Shown here one piece after another: positions 42,473 to 57,611 of a stretch of 64,000 bases of DNA. The stretch covers positions 21,932 to 85,931 of the forward strand of contig CACOFZ010000002.1 of assembly GCA_902626605.1 (NCBI GenBank), written 5' to 3'. The notes under the pieces were generated by a model. That model searched no databases. It was given only the letters and a program-made list of their open reading frames with translations, and had not been told where the DNA came from. Every line of letters begins with the position of its first letter. The stretch's first letter is position 1. The position numbers were made by a program, and so were the translations under genes. Source of the DNA: an uncultured PS1 clade bacterium. GTDB lineage: Bacteria; Pseudomonadota; Alphaproteobacteria; MED-G09.

Positions 42473-42508
42473 TGTTTATTTCTAAACTAATAACCTTGGA
42501 GATTTATC

Positions 42509-43900
42509 GTGAAGAAAGAAAGACAAGAATCAGATGCTTTTGGTCCAATCAAAGTAGAAAGCAAAAAGTATTGGGGTGCTCAGACACAGAGATCTCTTAA
42601 AAATTTTAAAATTGGTGGCGAAAAGATGCCTGTTCCTCTTATTAGAGCTTTAGGTATAGTAAAATTGTCCGCCGCTATAGTTAACAAAAATATGGGCTCT
42701 CTTAAACCAAGAATTGCTAACGCAATCATAAAGGCCTCAAAAGAGGTTATTAATGGTAAATTTGACGATCACTTTCCTCTTGTTGTCTGGCAAACAGGTT
42801 CAGGAACACAATCAAATATGAACGCGAATGAAGTTATTTCAAATAGAGCTATTGAGATACTTGGTGGTAAACTTGGATCTAAAGATCCAGTTCATCCTAA
42901 TGATCATTGTAATATGTCACAATCCTCTAATGATACATTTCCTACTGCAATGCATATAGCTGCAGCTATTGAAATTAACAGAGAACTCATTCCTTCTCTT
43001 AAGAGACTATCAGCCTCAATAGGGAAAAAAGAAAATGAATTTAAAAAAATTATTAAAATAGGACGTACTCACCTTCAAGATGCCACCCCGGTAACTTTAG
43101 GACAAGAATTTTCCGGATATAAGGCACAAATTGATAATGGGATCAAAAGAATACAAAAATCATCAGAAGAACTTTATTATCTTGCCCAAGGAGGGACTGC
43201 AGTTGGAACTGGATTAAATTCAAAAAAAGGTTTTGATAAAAAATTTGCTAACGAATGTAAAAAAATAACTAAGTTACCCTTTAAAACATCTCAAAATAAA
43301 TTCGAAGCGTTAGCAACGCATGACGCACTTGTTGAAGTTTCTGGTAGCTTAAACACTGTATCAACTTCGCTTTTTAAGATTGCTAATGATATTAGATTAC
43401 TTGGTTCTGGTCCTAGATCGGGTTTAGGAGAAATACAATTACCAGAAAATGAACCAGGATCTTCAATTATGCCTGGAAAAGTTAATCCTACGCAGTGTGA
43501 AGCAATGACAATGCTATGTCTTCAGGTAATTGGAAACCATACAACAATAAGTGCAGCAGGTAGCCAGGGTCACTTTGAACTTAATGTTTTTAAGCCAGTA
43601 ATAGCATATAATATTTTACAATCTATTAAATTGCTCTCAGATGGCTCTGAAAGCTTTATGAAAAATTGTATAGCAGGAATTAAGCCTAATAAAATTAAAA
43701 TTAAAGAACTGTTAAATAGCTCTTTAATGCTTGTAACTGCTCTTGCGCCTGTTATTGGATATGATAATGCATCAATTATAGCAAAATCAGCTCATAAAAA
43801 TGGAACAACTTTAAAAGAAGAAGCAATTAAACAAGGTTTTGTGACCGAAGACGAGTATATAAAAATTGTTAGACCTGAAAAAATGATTTCGCCATCTTAA
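42509..43900 (+). CDS. fumC: Class II fumarate hydratase
   Basis: [33 protein letters not shown]. Confidence 0.97.
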   Translation: MKKERQESDAFGPIKVESKKYWGAQTQRSLKNFKIGGEKMPVPLIRALGIVKLSAAIVNKNMGSLKPRIANAIIKASKEVINGKFDDHFPLVVWQTGSGTQSNMNANEVISNRAIEILGGKLGSKDPVHPNDHCNMSQSSNDTFPTAMHIAAAIEINRELIPSLKRLSASIGKKENEFKKIIKIGRTHLQDATPVTLGQEFSGYKAQIDNGIKRIQKSSEELYYLAQGGTAVGTGLNSKKGFDKKFANECKKITKLPFKTSQNKFEALATHDALVEVSGSLNTVSTSLFKIANDIRLLGSGPRSGLGEIQLPENEPGSSIMPGKVNPTQCEAMTMLCLQVIGNHTTISAAGSQGHFELNVFKPVIAYNILQSIKLLSDGSESFMKNCIAGIKPNKIKIKELLNSSLMLVTALAPVIGYDNASIIAKSAHKNGTTLKEEAIKQGFVTEDEYIKIVRPEKMISPS

Positions 43901-43904
43901 AATT

Positions 43905-44123
43905 ATGAATCAAATAAAAAAATCACTTGTTCTCTCCGGTCATAAAACAAGTATTGCATTAGAAAAAGAATTTTGGATTGCACTTGAAGTAATTTCAAAA
44001 AATCAAAATATTGATATTGATAAATTAATTGAGAAAATTGATAAAAAAGAAAGAAATGGAAGTTTGGCATCAACAATAAGAGTTTTTATTTTAAAAAAAT
44101 ATATGAATCTTGATAAAAAATGA
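43905..44123 (+). CDS. Ribbon-helix-helix domain protein
   Basis: KKSLVLSGHKTSIALEKEFW...LASTIRVF; follows fumC. Confidence 0.85.
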   Translation: MNQIKKSLVLSGHKTSIALEKEFWIALEVISKNQNIDIDKLIEKIDKKERNGSLASTIRVFILKKYMNLDKK

Positions 44124-44199
44124 ATCAATGTATGCTTAATAAATTTTAAAAATAGTCATTTTAAGTTATGTATCACATGTTACCTCAAAAAAATATTCA

Positions 44200-46431
44200 A
44201 TGAAAAACTTCAAGAAACTTGAGAATTTTAAAAGATTGAATGAAGCTCAGAGAGAGGCTGTTCTTCATGATAATGGACCTTTATTAGTTTTAGCAGGAGC
44301 AGGCACTGGTAAAACAGGAGTTTTAACAACCAGACTTACTAGGCTATTAACTGAAAATCTTGCTCTACCGGGAGAAATTCTCTCCGTTACCTTTACAAAT
44401 AAAGCTGCAAATGAGATGAGATCAAGAGTTAGCAATCAGATTGGTGACAAAGCCTCTGGATTAAAATGGTTGGGAACTTTTCATTCAATTGGAGCTCAAA
44501 TTTTAAGAACATACCCTGAGAAAATTGGATTAAAAAATGATTTTATAATTTTAGATACTGATGATCAAATTAGATTACTAAAACAATTAATTAGAGATGA
44601 AAATATAGATGATAAAAAATGGTCACCAAAAGGACTTCTAAACCTTATTGATAAATGGAAAAATAAAGGAATTCTTCCTAGTAATATCTCAAGAGATGAT
44701 GGAGATTATTTTGCAAATGGTAAGGGGAAAATTCTATATAAAAAATATCAAGATCAATTAAAGTTTTTTAATGCCGCAGATTTTGGAGATTTAATTCTTG
44801 AGTGCATAAGACTTTTTAGCGAAAATATTGATATTTTGGAACATTATCAAAATCGTTTTAAATTTATGTTAGTAGATGAGTATCAGGATACAAATTCATC
44901 TCAATATACCTTATTAAAATTATTATCGAATAGATGGATGAACATTTGTTGTGTAGGCGATGATGATCAATCTATTTACTCTTGGAGAGGAGCTGAGGTA
45001 AGCAATATTTTGAGGTTTGAAAAAGATTTTCCAAATGCAAAAGTAATAAGGTTAGAACAAAATTACAGATCAACAGGTAATATTTTAGCAGCTGCTTCAA
45101 GATTGATTGAGTCTAATGATTCTAGATTCGGAAAAACTTTGTGGACCTCATCATCTGATGGAGAAAAGGTCTCTATTACATCTACATGGGATGGTGAAGA
45201 GGAAGCAAGAATAATTACTGACGAAATAGAAAAGTACTCTTTGAACAATAAAAATCTTGATGAAATTGCAATATTAGTTAGAGCCGGCTTTCAAATGAGA
45301 GAGTTCGAAGATAGATTTATATCAGTTGGCCTACCTTATAAAGTTATTGGAGGCCCAAGATTTTATGAGAGAAAAGAAATAAGAGATGCAAATGCCTATT
45401 TTAGAATTGCTATTCAACCAAACGATAGTCTAGCTCTTGAAAGAGTTCTTAATACACCCAAAAGAGGTATTGGAGAAACAACAATAAAAAAAATTAAGGA
45501 TTATTCTAAAAATAATAATATTTCTTCAATTGAAGCCATTAGAGACCTTATAAAAACATCAGAAATAAAACCAAAAACAAAACTTTCTCTAAAGAACTTT
45601 ATTGATTTAGTTGATAGATGGCACGATTTACTTAATGAAAGAAATCATTATGAGCTCGCTGAAATAATTCTTGAAGACTCGGGTTATTTAGAAATGTTGA
45701 GGAATGATGATTCAATTACTTCTGCAGGAAGGTTAGAAAATATTAAAGAACTATTTAGATCTATTGAACCCTTTGAGAGCTTGCAGGCCTACTTAGAACA
45801 TATTGCTCTAGTAATGGAGATAGATAAAAATCCTGATGGTAACAAAGTGACTTTAATGACTTTGCATGCCGCTAAAGGACTTGAATTTGATTTTGTTTAT
45901 CTCCCTGGATGGGAAGAAGGCGTCTTTCCAAATCAAAGGTCGCTAGATGAAGGGGGGATAGAATCCCTTGAGGAAGAAAGAAGACTTGCTTATGTTGGAA
46001 TAACAAGGGCAAAAATAAAATCCTCTATCTTTTATGCTGCGAATAGAAAAATGCATAATCAATGGCTTTCAAGCATACCTTCAAGATTTATCAATGAAAT
46101 GCCAGAGGAAAATATTGAAATAAACCTATCTCATTTTTCAGGAAATCAAAAAAACTATACAGACATTGAAGAAGATATATTCGACCAGTCAGACTACAGC
46201 ACACCTGGATGGGAAAGAGCAAAAATAGAAACAAGTAATAAAAATTTAGAAAATTTTGAACCAAAAATAATTACCAGCTCGCAAGCTAAATATTCAAAAG
46301 GATCAATAGTAATCCACAAAAAATTTGGTCAAGGTAGGGTTGAAAGCATTGATGGAAAAAAATTAACTATTAATTTTGGTGAGAGCGGCACCAGAAAAGT
46401 AATGGAAAATTTTGTAGAGTCTCTAAATTAA
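44200..46431 (+). CDS. uvrD: UvrD/PcrA DNA helicase
   Basis: AGAGTGKT, VDEYQDTN, VGDDDQSIY, EQNYRST, HAAKGLEF, EERRLAYV. Confidence 0.95.
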   Translation: MKNFKKLENFKRLNEAQREAVLHDNGPLLVLAGAGTGKTGVLTTRLTRLLTENLALPGEILSVTFTNKAANEMRSRVSNQIGDKASGLKWLGTFHSIGAQILRTYPEKIGLKNDFIILDTDDQIRLLKQLIRDENIDDKKWSPKGLLNLIDKWKNKGILPSNISRDDGDYFANGKGKILYKKYQDQLKFFNAADFGDLILECIRLFSENIDILEHYQNRFKFMLVDEYQDTNSSQYTLLKLLSNRWMNICCVGDDDQSIYSWRGAEVSNILRFEKDFPNAKVIRLEQNYRSTGNILAAASRLIESNDSRFGKTLWTSSSDGEKVSITSTWDGEEEARIITDEIEKYSLNNKNLDEIAILVRAGFQMREFEDRFISVGLPYKVIGGPRFYERKEIRDANAYFRIAIQPNDSLALERVLNTPKRGIGETTIKKIKDYSKNNNISSIEAIRDLIKTSEIKPKTKLSLKNFIDLVDRWHDLLNERNHYELAEIILEDSGYLEMLRNDDSITSAGRLENIKELFRSIEPFESLQAYLEHIALVMEIDKNPDGNKVTLMTLHAAKGLEFDFVYLPGWEEGVFPNQRSLDEGGIESLEEERRLAYVGITRAKIKSSIFYAANRKMHNQWLSSIPSRFINEMPEENIEINLSHFSGNQKNYTDIEEDIFDQSDYSTPGWERAKIETSNKNLENFEPKIITSSQAKYSKGSIVIHKKFGQGRVESIDGKKLTINFGESGTRKVMENFVESLN

Positions 46432-46475
46432 AAATTTCTATATTAATTCATCAAACTAATTATAATAATTATATT

Positions 46476-51154
<4,679 letters not shown>

Positions 51155-51223
51155 TTGATTTCAACGTAAGAATTTCATTAAAATAATATTATAAACATCT
51201 ATAATTGAAAAGTCTTTATAAAA

Positions 51224-52186
51224 TTAACTTGCAAGATAATTTGATACAATACCTCTATGAAACTCTTGATAAGATTTATCTGAATATTCAACTATTTCAT
51301 AGTTTTCATTAGACTTGAATAATTCGTGCAATAAAAGATTGTTAATATAATGACCACATCTTAGCCCTTTATAACTTCCTTGAATTCGATAACCTGAAGT
51401 ATAAATATCTCCCACTGCATCTAATAATTTATGCCTTGAAAATTCGTTTTCATGCCTTAAGCCTTCAGGATTAATTATTTCATTGTTATCAACAATTATA
51501 CAATTATCAATACTTCCGCCTAAGCCCAGACCTTTGGAACGCATATATTCAACATCTTTCATAAACCCAAAAGTTCTTGCATTTGAAGCAAAATTTTTAA
51601 AATTATAATTAGCAAGTGATGTTGACGCACTCTGCTTACCCACAGCTTTATTTTCAAAATCAATTTCAACAGAAAATTTTTGTTCCTTGCTTGGAGCAAA
51701 GGAACAATATTTATTGTCAACATTAACTTCGATCTTTTTTAAAACTTTTAAAATTTTTCTTTTCACCTTAAGAGATTTTATTCCACAATCTTCAATTATT
51801 TCAATTAAAGGTAATGAACTTCCATCCATAATTGGAACCTCAGGGCCATTTAACTCAATAATTATATTGTCGATGCCTGTTCCATTTAAAGCAGCCATTA
51901 AGTGTTCAATAGTTGCTACTTTAATGCCATTTTCATTTTCTATTGTTGTGCATAAACTTGTATCAGAGACATTTGAATATAACGCCTGTATTGAGCACTC
52001 TTTGTCTTTTTTATCTATATCTGTTCTTATAAAAATAATACCAGTATTTTCTTTAGCAGGTTTTAAAGTGACCTTAATTAAGTTTCCAGAGTGCAAACCT
52101 ATACCATTAAAACTTTTTAGTTTTGAAATAGTTGTCTGCCAAGGATAATTTCCAGATGCTATTGATGGTGAAACAAGGTTATTCAT
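51224..52186 (-). CDS. lpxC: UDP-3-O-acyl-GlcNAc deacetylase
   Basis: GIGLHSG, TIEHLMAAL, EVPIMDGS, ARTFGF, RHKLLD. Confidence 0.96.
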   Translation of the reverse strand: MNNLVSPSIASGNYPWQTTISKLKSFNGIGLHSGNLIKVTLKPAKENTGIIFIRTDIDKKDKECSIQALYSNVSDTSLCTTIENENGIKVATIEHLMAALNGTGIDNIIIELNGPEVPIMDGSSLPLIEIIEDCGIKSLKVKRKILKVLKKIEVNVDNKYCSFAPSKEQKFSVEIDFENKAVGKQSASTSLANYNFKNFASNARTFGFMKDVEYMRSKGLGLGGSIDNCIIVDNNEIINPEGLRHENEFSRHKLLDAVGDIYTSGYRIQGSYKGLRCGHYINNLLLHELFKSNENYEIVEYSDKSYQEFHRGIVSNYLAS

Positions 52187-52338
52187 AAAAATATCTTTAA
52201 TTAGCTTATTTTCTCACTTTAAAAGTTTAACTATAATTATATAACAATAGTTATGATTACAGTTAGATAAATAACAATTAAAACCATATTTAGCTAATAA
52301 ATGATTGTGACTTAATGTAACTTAAATAGTTAAAAAAT

Positions 52339-53697
52339 TTATTGACCTTTAATTTTTCCAAAAAATCTTTGTAAAGCAGGAATCTCTAATTGAGAATTTG
52401 ACTCATCATCCTCATCGGATGAGTCAAACCTATCGCTATTAAATAATGGAACTCCATCATCTTTTTCCCAATCCTCAGGTTCAGGTAAATTTGAAATATT
52501 CTCTTCAGAAAGTGACTCTGAAAAATTATCATCAAAATCATTATAATCATCAAAGTCCATATTGTGTGGCTTTTCGGGTGAAGTTTTTTTAACCTCTAGC
52601 TCAATATTTTCTGGTTCATTATCATTGATCACATCAACAAAATTACTTTCAGTTAAATTATTTTCCTTATTAATTTCAACAATTTTCTCCTCGACTGATT
52701 GATCCATACCAGTTGCAATTACTGCTGTTTTAAAGTTATCCCCCATTTGTTCATCTTGGAAGACACCAAAAATTACTTCGCATTCTTCTCCAACATCTTT
52801 TTGAATAACAGAGAGTGCACCTTGTATCTCAAAAGGGTTAATATCTGCACCAGCAGTCAAAGAAACCAAAAGGCCCTTTGTTCCTTTTAATGATAAATCA
52901 TCCAACATAGGATTTGAAATTGCGTCTTCAGCAGATAAAATAGCTCTATCCTCACCAGAAGATACACCTACACCAAATACAGCTTTACCTCTATGCTGCA
53001 TTATTGTTTTAACATCTGCAAAGTCAATATTGATAGAACCATTCTTCATTATTAGAGCGCTTATTGCCGATACTCCGTCATAAAGTGTTTTATTTACAAG
53101 ATCCTCACATTCTTTCATTGGAGTTTTTTCATTAATAATTCTAAAGATATTTTGATTAGGTATTACAATTACAGTATCAAGAATTGAACATAACTCATCG
53201 ATACCACTTTTAGCAGATGACATTCTTTTTTTACCTTCAAAGCTCCAAGGTGTAGTAACAATTGCAACAGTAAGAATACCCATATCTTTAGCTAGCTGAG
53301 CTATAACTGGAGCAGCACCTGTACCAGTACCCCCGCCAAGACACGCAGTTATAAACAACATATGAGTTCCCTCTAGGTACCTTCTAATTTCTTCTTGAGA
53401 CTCTTCTGCTGCTTTTTTACCAACTTTAGGATCAGCACCAGCACCAAGGCCTTCAGTTGAATGAGAGCCAATTGAAATGGGTGTAACTCCTTTAAGATTT
53501 TCTAAATCTTGTACATCAGTATTAGCTGCAAATAATTCTACACCATCAAGGCCTTGTTCAACCATTGTTTTGAGGGCATTACCTCCTCCTCCACCCACAC
53601 CTATTAAAGATAACCTTGGTCGTAACTTTTCTATTTCAGGTGTCTCCAAGGAAATACTGCTATTAGATACGAAATTTTCATCATCATAAGTAGTCAT
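52339..53697 (-). CDS. ftsZ: Cell division protein FtsZ
   Basis: GVGGGGGNA, ANTD, GLGAGA, GGGTGTG, NIDFAD, C-terminal LEIP. Confidence 0.95.
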   Translation of the reverse strand: MTTYDDENFVSNSSISLETPEIEKLRPRLSLIGVGGGGGNALKTMVEQGLDGVELFAANTDVQDLENLKGVTPISIGSHSTEGLGAGADPKVGKKAAEESQEEIRRYLEGTHMLFITACLGGGTGTGAAPVIAQLAKDMGILTVAIVTTPWSFEGKKRMSSAKSGIDELCSILDTVIVIPNQNIFRIINEKTPMKECEDLVNKTLYDGVSAISALIMKNGSINIDFADVKTIMQHRGKAVFGVGVSSGEDRAILSAEDAISNPMLDDLSLKGTKGLLVSLTAGADINPFEIQGALSVIQKDVGEECEVIFGVFQDEQMGDNFKTAVIATGMDQSVEEKIVEINKENNLTESNFVDVINDNEPENIELEVKKTSPEKPHNMDFDDYNDFDDNFSESLSEENISNLPEPEDWEKDDGVPLFNSDRFDSSDEDDESNSQLEIPALQRFFGKIKGQ

Positions 53698-53767
53698 TTT
53701 AAGACCTCATAACTTTACAGTGTAAATTTCTACTGATTCTTATATTAAAACAAGCTTAAGTTATTGA

Positions 53768-55063
53768 TTAAAAACCAGAACCCATTATTTTTTCAATTAT
53801 TTTCACAGCAAAATTATTATTTTCCGACCTATTTTTAATTTCATTTTCTTGAATTAAAATTGAATGCAGAAGCATACCAGCACAGGATGTAAATGCTGGA
53901 CCTGATAACTCTTCAACTAAATTATTTATTCCCGAAGGAAAACCAATTCTTACTCTAGTTTCTAATACCCTTTCTGCAAATTCTATACTACCAGGTAAAT
54001 CTGTAGTACCTCCAGTAATTACAGTATTTTTGTTAGATATATCTTTATAGCCAGATTGTTCTATGCATTTTTTAGAATGCATAAGTATTTCCCAAAGTCT
54101 CGGCTTAATAATTGAAATCAATTTTGACCTAGAAAATGAAAGTCTATTTTCATCATTACCACCAATAATAGGTATTTGAAAAATTTCTTCTCCGTCATTT
54201 GCGCCCCTTAAAGCACTTCCATACAAGGTTTTTAATGCTTCAGCTTGATCAAATGGTGTACTTAACTCCTTTGATATATCATTTGTAATATACCAACCAC
54301 CAAGATTGAGTGATTTTGCATAAACTATTGAACCATCAACAAAAACTGAAATAGAGGTAGTCCCTGCTCCAATATCAATACAAACTGATCCTTGATTTTT
54401 CTCCTCATCTGTAAGAGCTGACAAAGCAGATGTGTATGGCTTTGCTGTGAAGTTAGTTACATTTAAAAAACAACTATTAATAATATTTTCTAAATTACTT
54501 ATATGGTTAGGGTTTGCATATATAAAAAGTAATTTAACACCAAGTTTTGAAGCACTCATACCAGAGGGATTCACAATATTTTTTATATTATCAACAACAT
54601 AATTTGATGGAATAACATGAAGAATTTTTTTATTTTCATTATTAAATTTTTGTTTTGCAATTTCTATTACTTCTGCAATATGATTTTGATTTATAATTTG
54701 ATTACCAATAAAAAGTTCACCGAAAATTCTCTCTGTTCTAATGTAATTTCCTGAAACATTTACCGAAACATTTTCTACCTCACAATTTGCTTGATTTTCT
54801 GCCAAATCAACCGCTTTCCTAATTGACTCCTCAAGGTCATTTATATTTGTAATCCCTCCATTTTTAATTCCCTTTGATTGTGAATACCCAGATCCAATGA
54901 GTCTAATCTTTTTTCGATCCAAAATATTATCTATTTTCCCGATAAAGCACACAACCTTATCTGAACCAATATCTATTGATGTAATGACTTTTTCAGACTG
55001 ATAGTTTGATTTATTATTAATGAAAAAATCTTGTTGATTATTGTCTTTTTTAGCCATTTCCAC
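53768..55063 (-). CDS. ftsA: Cell division protein FtsA
   Basis: DIGSDK, IDIGAGTT, ITGG; position in dcw cluster. Confidence 0.93.
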   Translation of the reverse strand: MEMAKKDNNQQDFFINNKSNYQSEKVITSIDIGSDKVVCFIGKIDNILDRKKIRLIGSGYSQSKGIKNGGITNINDLEESIRKAVDLAENQANCEVENVSVNVSGNYIRTERIFGELFIGNQIINQNHIAEVIEIAKQKFNNENKKILHVIPSNYVVDNIKNIVNPSGMSASKLGVKLLFIYANPNHISNLENIINSCFLNVTNFTAKPYTSALSALTDEEKNQGSVCIDIGAGTTSISVFVDGSIVYAKSLNLGGWYITNDISKELSTPFDQAEALKTLYGSALRGANDGEEIFQIPIIGGNDENRLSFSRSKLISIIKPRLWEILMHSKKCIEQSGYKDISNKNTVITGGTTDLPGSIEFAERVLETRVRIGFPSGINNLVEELSGPAFTSCAGMLLHSILIQENEIKNRSENNNFAVKIIEKIMGSGF

Positions 55064-55778
55064 TAACCCTGTCAGTGGTTATTTTACCTGCTACTCTTAA
55101 ATCAATCTTTTTGTGGCCTTTTTCAATTAACTTATTTTTTTTAATATAAGAGTCTAATAATGAGAGAGATTCTGAAATATTATCTTCAGGTAATAATATC
55201 CTTACTCCATTTTTATAATGAAGATCCCACCTTCTTCTACTTACAAAATTAGCATAATCAACCTGACTTAAAATATCTGGATAGTTGTAAAGTTTATCCA
55301 AAAGATTTTTTAATTTTTTATCAGCACCCATTCCTCTAATTTGAAAGTAATTTTGATACTCATCTGATTTAATTTTTTCAATTCTATAGCCATATTCATC
55401 TAAAACATAGTGTATAGAACCTCTTTTCCAAACAGCTAAAGGTGAATATTCCTCAATACTTATACTTAAAGTTTCTGGATAAACCTTTCTTATGATAACA
55501 TCTTTTATCCATCCTATTTTTTCTATTTCATTTTGAATATTTTTTAAATTTATAGTTACCAGTGATTTATTTTCATAGCTCTCTAAAACCTCAGATAATA
55601 TTTTTTTTGATGAGCGTTCTCTTCCAATAATTTCAATATTATTTATTGAAAATAATTCAATAAAACTTGAGGTTAATTCTTTTTTAATTTTACCGTTATT
55701 AAAAAAATTAACAAAAATTATACAAATAATAATTATAAACAAAATGAATAGGTATTTATATTTATTTATCGATCGCAA
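55050..55778 (-). CDS. ftsQ: Cell division protein FtsQ
   Basis: N-terminal TM, POTRA domain, RRWDL, IDLR; between ddl and ftsA. Confidence 0.88.
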   Translation of the reverse strand: MRSINKYKYLFILFIIIICIIFVNFFNNGKIKKELTSSFIELFSINNIEIIGRERSSKKILSEVLESYENKSLVTINLKNIQNEIEKIGWIKDVIIRKVYPETLSISIEEYSPLAVWKRGSIHYVLDEYGYRIEKIKSDEYQNYFQIRGMGADKKLKNLLDKLYNYPDILSQVDYANFVSRRRWDLHYKNGVRILLPEDNISESLSLLDSYIKKNKLIEKGHKKIDLRVAGKITTDRVSGNG

Positions 55779-56695
55779 GATGCATCCTCCAATAGATAAA
55801 GAATTAAATCATTATATGAAATGCCTTGTTTTTCTAATAACTCGGGAACAAGAGAAGTTATAGTCATCCCAGGTTGAGTATTTGTTTCTAGAGCAAAAAG
55901 AGACTCTTCATTATTTTCACCATTCCATTTAAAATCAGTTCTCGAAATTCCCCTGCAACCAAAAATGCTATGACACTTAAGTGCTGTTTTTTTTACCAGA
56001 TTATAAATTTCTATTGGAATATTGGCAGGAATAATATGATCCGATGCTCCAGGTTCATATTTTGCATCAAAGTCATAAAAAGTATTTTTGGTTTTGATCT
56101 CTACAACTTCTGTTGGCTTATTATTAAAAACTGCGCAAGATAATTCAATTCCTCCAATATAATCTTCAATCAAAACACTTTCCCCATAAATCCAAGATTC
56201 CTTAATTTTTAATAATTTCTTTCTATCTGATTCATTTAAAATTACATAAACCCCATTACTAGAACCTTCATGAACAGGTTTTATTACAAAAGGCAATGTC
56301 TTGTTTAAATTGCTAATATTATTAATTTTTATAAGTTCATAGTTTGGAGTTTTAATATTATTCTTTAAAAATAGCTCTTTTGATAAGGCTTTATTCATAC
56401 ATATTTCTGATGAAGCAATACCTGAATGGGTATAAGGTATATTATTTTTTTCTAACAAAGATTGTAAAGATCCATCTTCACCACCTAATCCATGCAAAGC
56501 ATTGAAGCAAACATCTGGTTTGATTTTAATCAATTTTTTTATAAAATCACCCTTACAATCAAAAGGTATGACGTTAAAACCTTCAGAGGATAAAGATTTT
56601 AAAATATTTTCTCCAGAGGAAATACTTATTTCTCTCTCCAGAGATTCCCCTCCAAGAAGAATAACAATCTTAGTATTTTTATTAATTTTTACCAT
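55766..56695 (-). CDS. ddl: D-alanine--D-alanine ligase
   Basis: GGESLEREIS, ALHG.GGEDG, EGSS.G, FYDFDAKY, ETNTQPGMT. Confidence 0.95.
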   Translation of the reverse strand: MVKINKNTKIVILLGGESLEREISISSGENILKSLSSEGFNVIPFDCKGDFIKKLIKIKPDVCFNALHGLGGEDGSLQSLLEKNNIPYTHSGIASSEICMNKALSKELFLKNNIKTPNYELIKINNISNLNKTLPFVIKPVHEGSSNGVYVILNESDRKKLLKIKESWIYGESVLIEDYIGGIELSCAVFNNKPTEVVEIKTKNTFYDFDAKYEPGASDHIIPANIPIEIYNLVKKTALKCHSIFGCRGISRTDFKWNGENNEESLFALETNTQPGMTITSLVPELLEKQGISYNDLILYLLEDASCDR

Positions 56696-57611
56696 TCTTA
56701 CCTAATATTTGAATTTCCCACTCAAGTTTAATACCAAATTGATTTTGGACTTTATCAATGATCATTTCTCCTAAGTTTTCAAAATCTGATGCTTTAGCCT
56801 TTCCTGTATTTATCATAAAATTATTATGACGGTCTGAAATCATGGCACCACCACATCTTAACTTTGATATTTCAACCTTACTTATTAACTCCCAGGCCTT
56901 ATATTGTTTGTCATTTTTAAAAGTACTTCCACCTGTTGGATATCCTTGGGGTTGGGTAGATATTCTTTTTTTTGAGATTTCACTTATTTTTCTCTTAATT
57001 TCCTCTTTATTTTTTTTAAAACCTATTAAATTTACAGAGGTTATTATTAAATCCTTTGGTATATTTGACTCTCTGTATTTAAAATCAATTTCTTCAGCTT
57101 TTTTTTTAATTTTTTTTCCATTTCTATTTAAAAAATTTACATCCAAAACTATGTCTTTAAACTCAGAACCATAGCAACCTGCATTCATGAAAATACCTCC
57201 ACCAATTGTACCAGGTATACCTGATAGAAACTCAAAGCCTCCTATTTGAAGGTCAATAGATTTTTTTGCTACTTGTTTATCAAGAGCCCCAGAACCAACA
57301 TTTAAAATATTTTCCTCTTTATGAATTAATTTTTTAAAATCTGCAGGTATTAAAATTGATAAACCAGATAAACCGCCATCACGAATTAAAATATTTGATA
57401 GCTTTCCGAATACATTTATTTCAATATTGGGAATTAATTCATTTAAGAGAATTGAGAGATCAGCCTCATTTTTTGGTATATATAAATATTCTAAAACTCC
57501 TCCAACTTTAAACCATGATAGATTTTTAGCTGATTTCTTATAAAAAAATTTACCGCTTAGTTCATCAACAACTGAAGGTGTTTTTAAAATGGGTTTTAAA
57601 TTATCAAACAT
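56682..57611 (-). CDS. murB: UDP-N-acetylmuramate dehydrogenase
   Basis: GIPGTIGG..MNAG, GSTFKN, HNNFMIN, LEWEI. Confidence 0.93.
   Translation of the reverse strand: MFDNLKPILKTPSVVDELSGKFFYKKSAKNLSWFKVGGVLEYLYIPKNEADLSILLNELIPNIEINVFGKLSNILIRDGGLSGLSILIPADFKKLIHKEENILNVGSGALDKQVAKKSIDLQIGGFEFLSGIPGTIGGGIFMNAGCYGSEFKDIVLDVNFLNRNGKKIKKKAEEIDFKYRESNIPKDLIITSVNLIGFKKNKEEIKRKISEISKKRISTQPQGYPTGGSTFKNDKQYKAWELISKVEISKLRCGGAMISDRHNNFMINTGKAKASDFENLGEMIIDKVQNQFGIKLEWEIQILGKNGKN

Noticed and set aside
52187..52338. CtrA boxes upstream of lpxC
   Set aside because: The TTAA pairs I checked are spaced 4 or 6 nt rather than 7, and TTAA is expected by chance at this AT content
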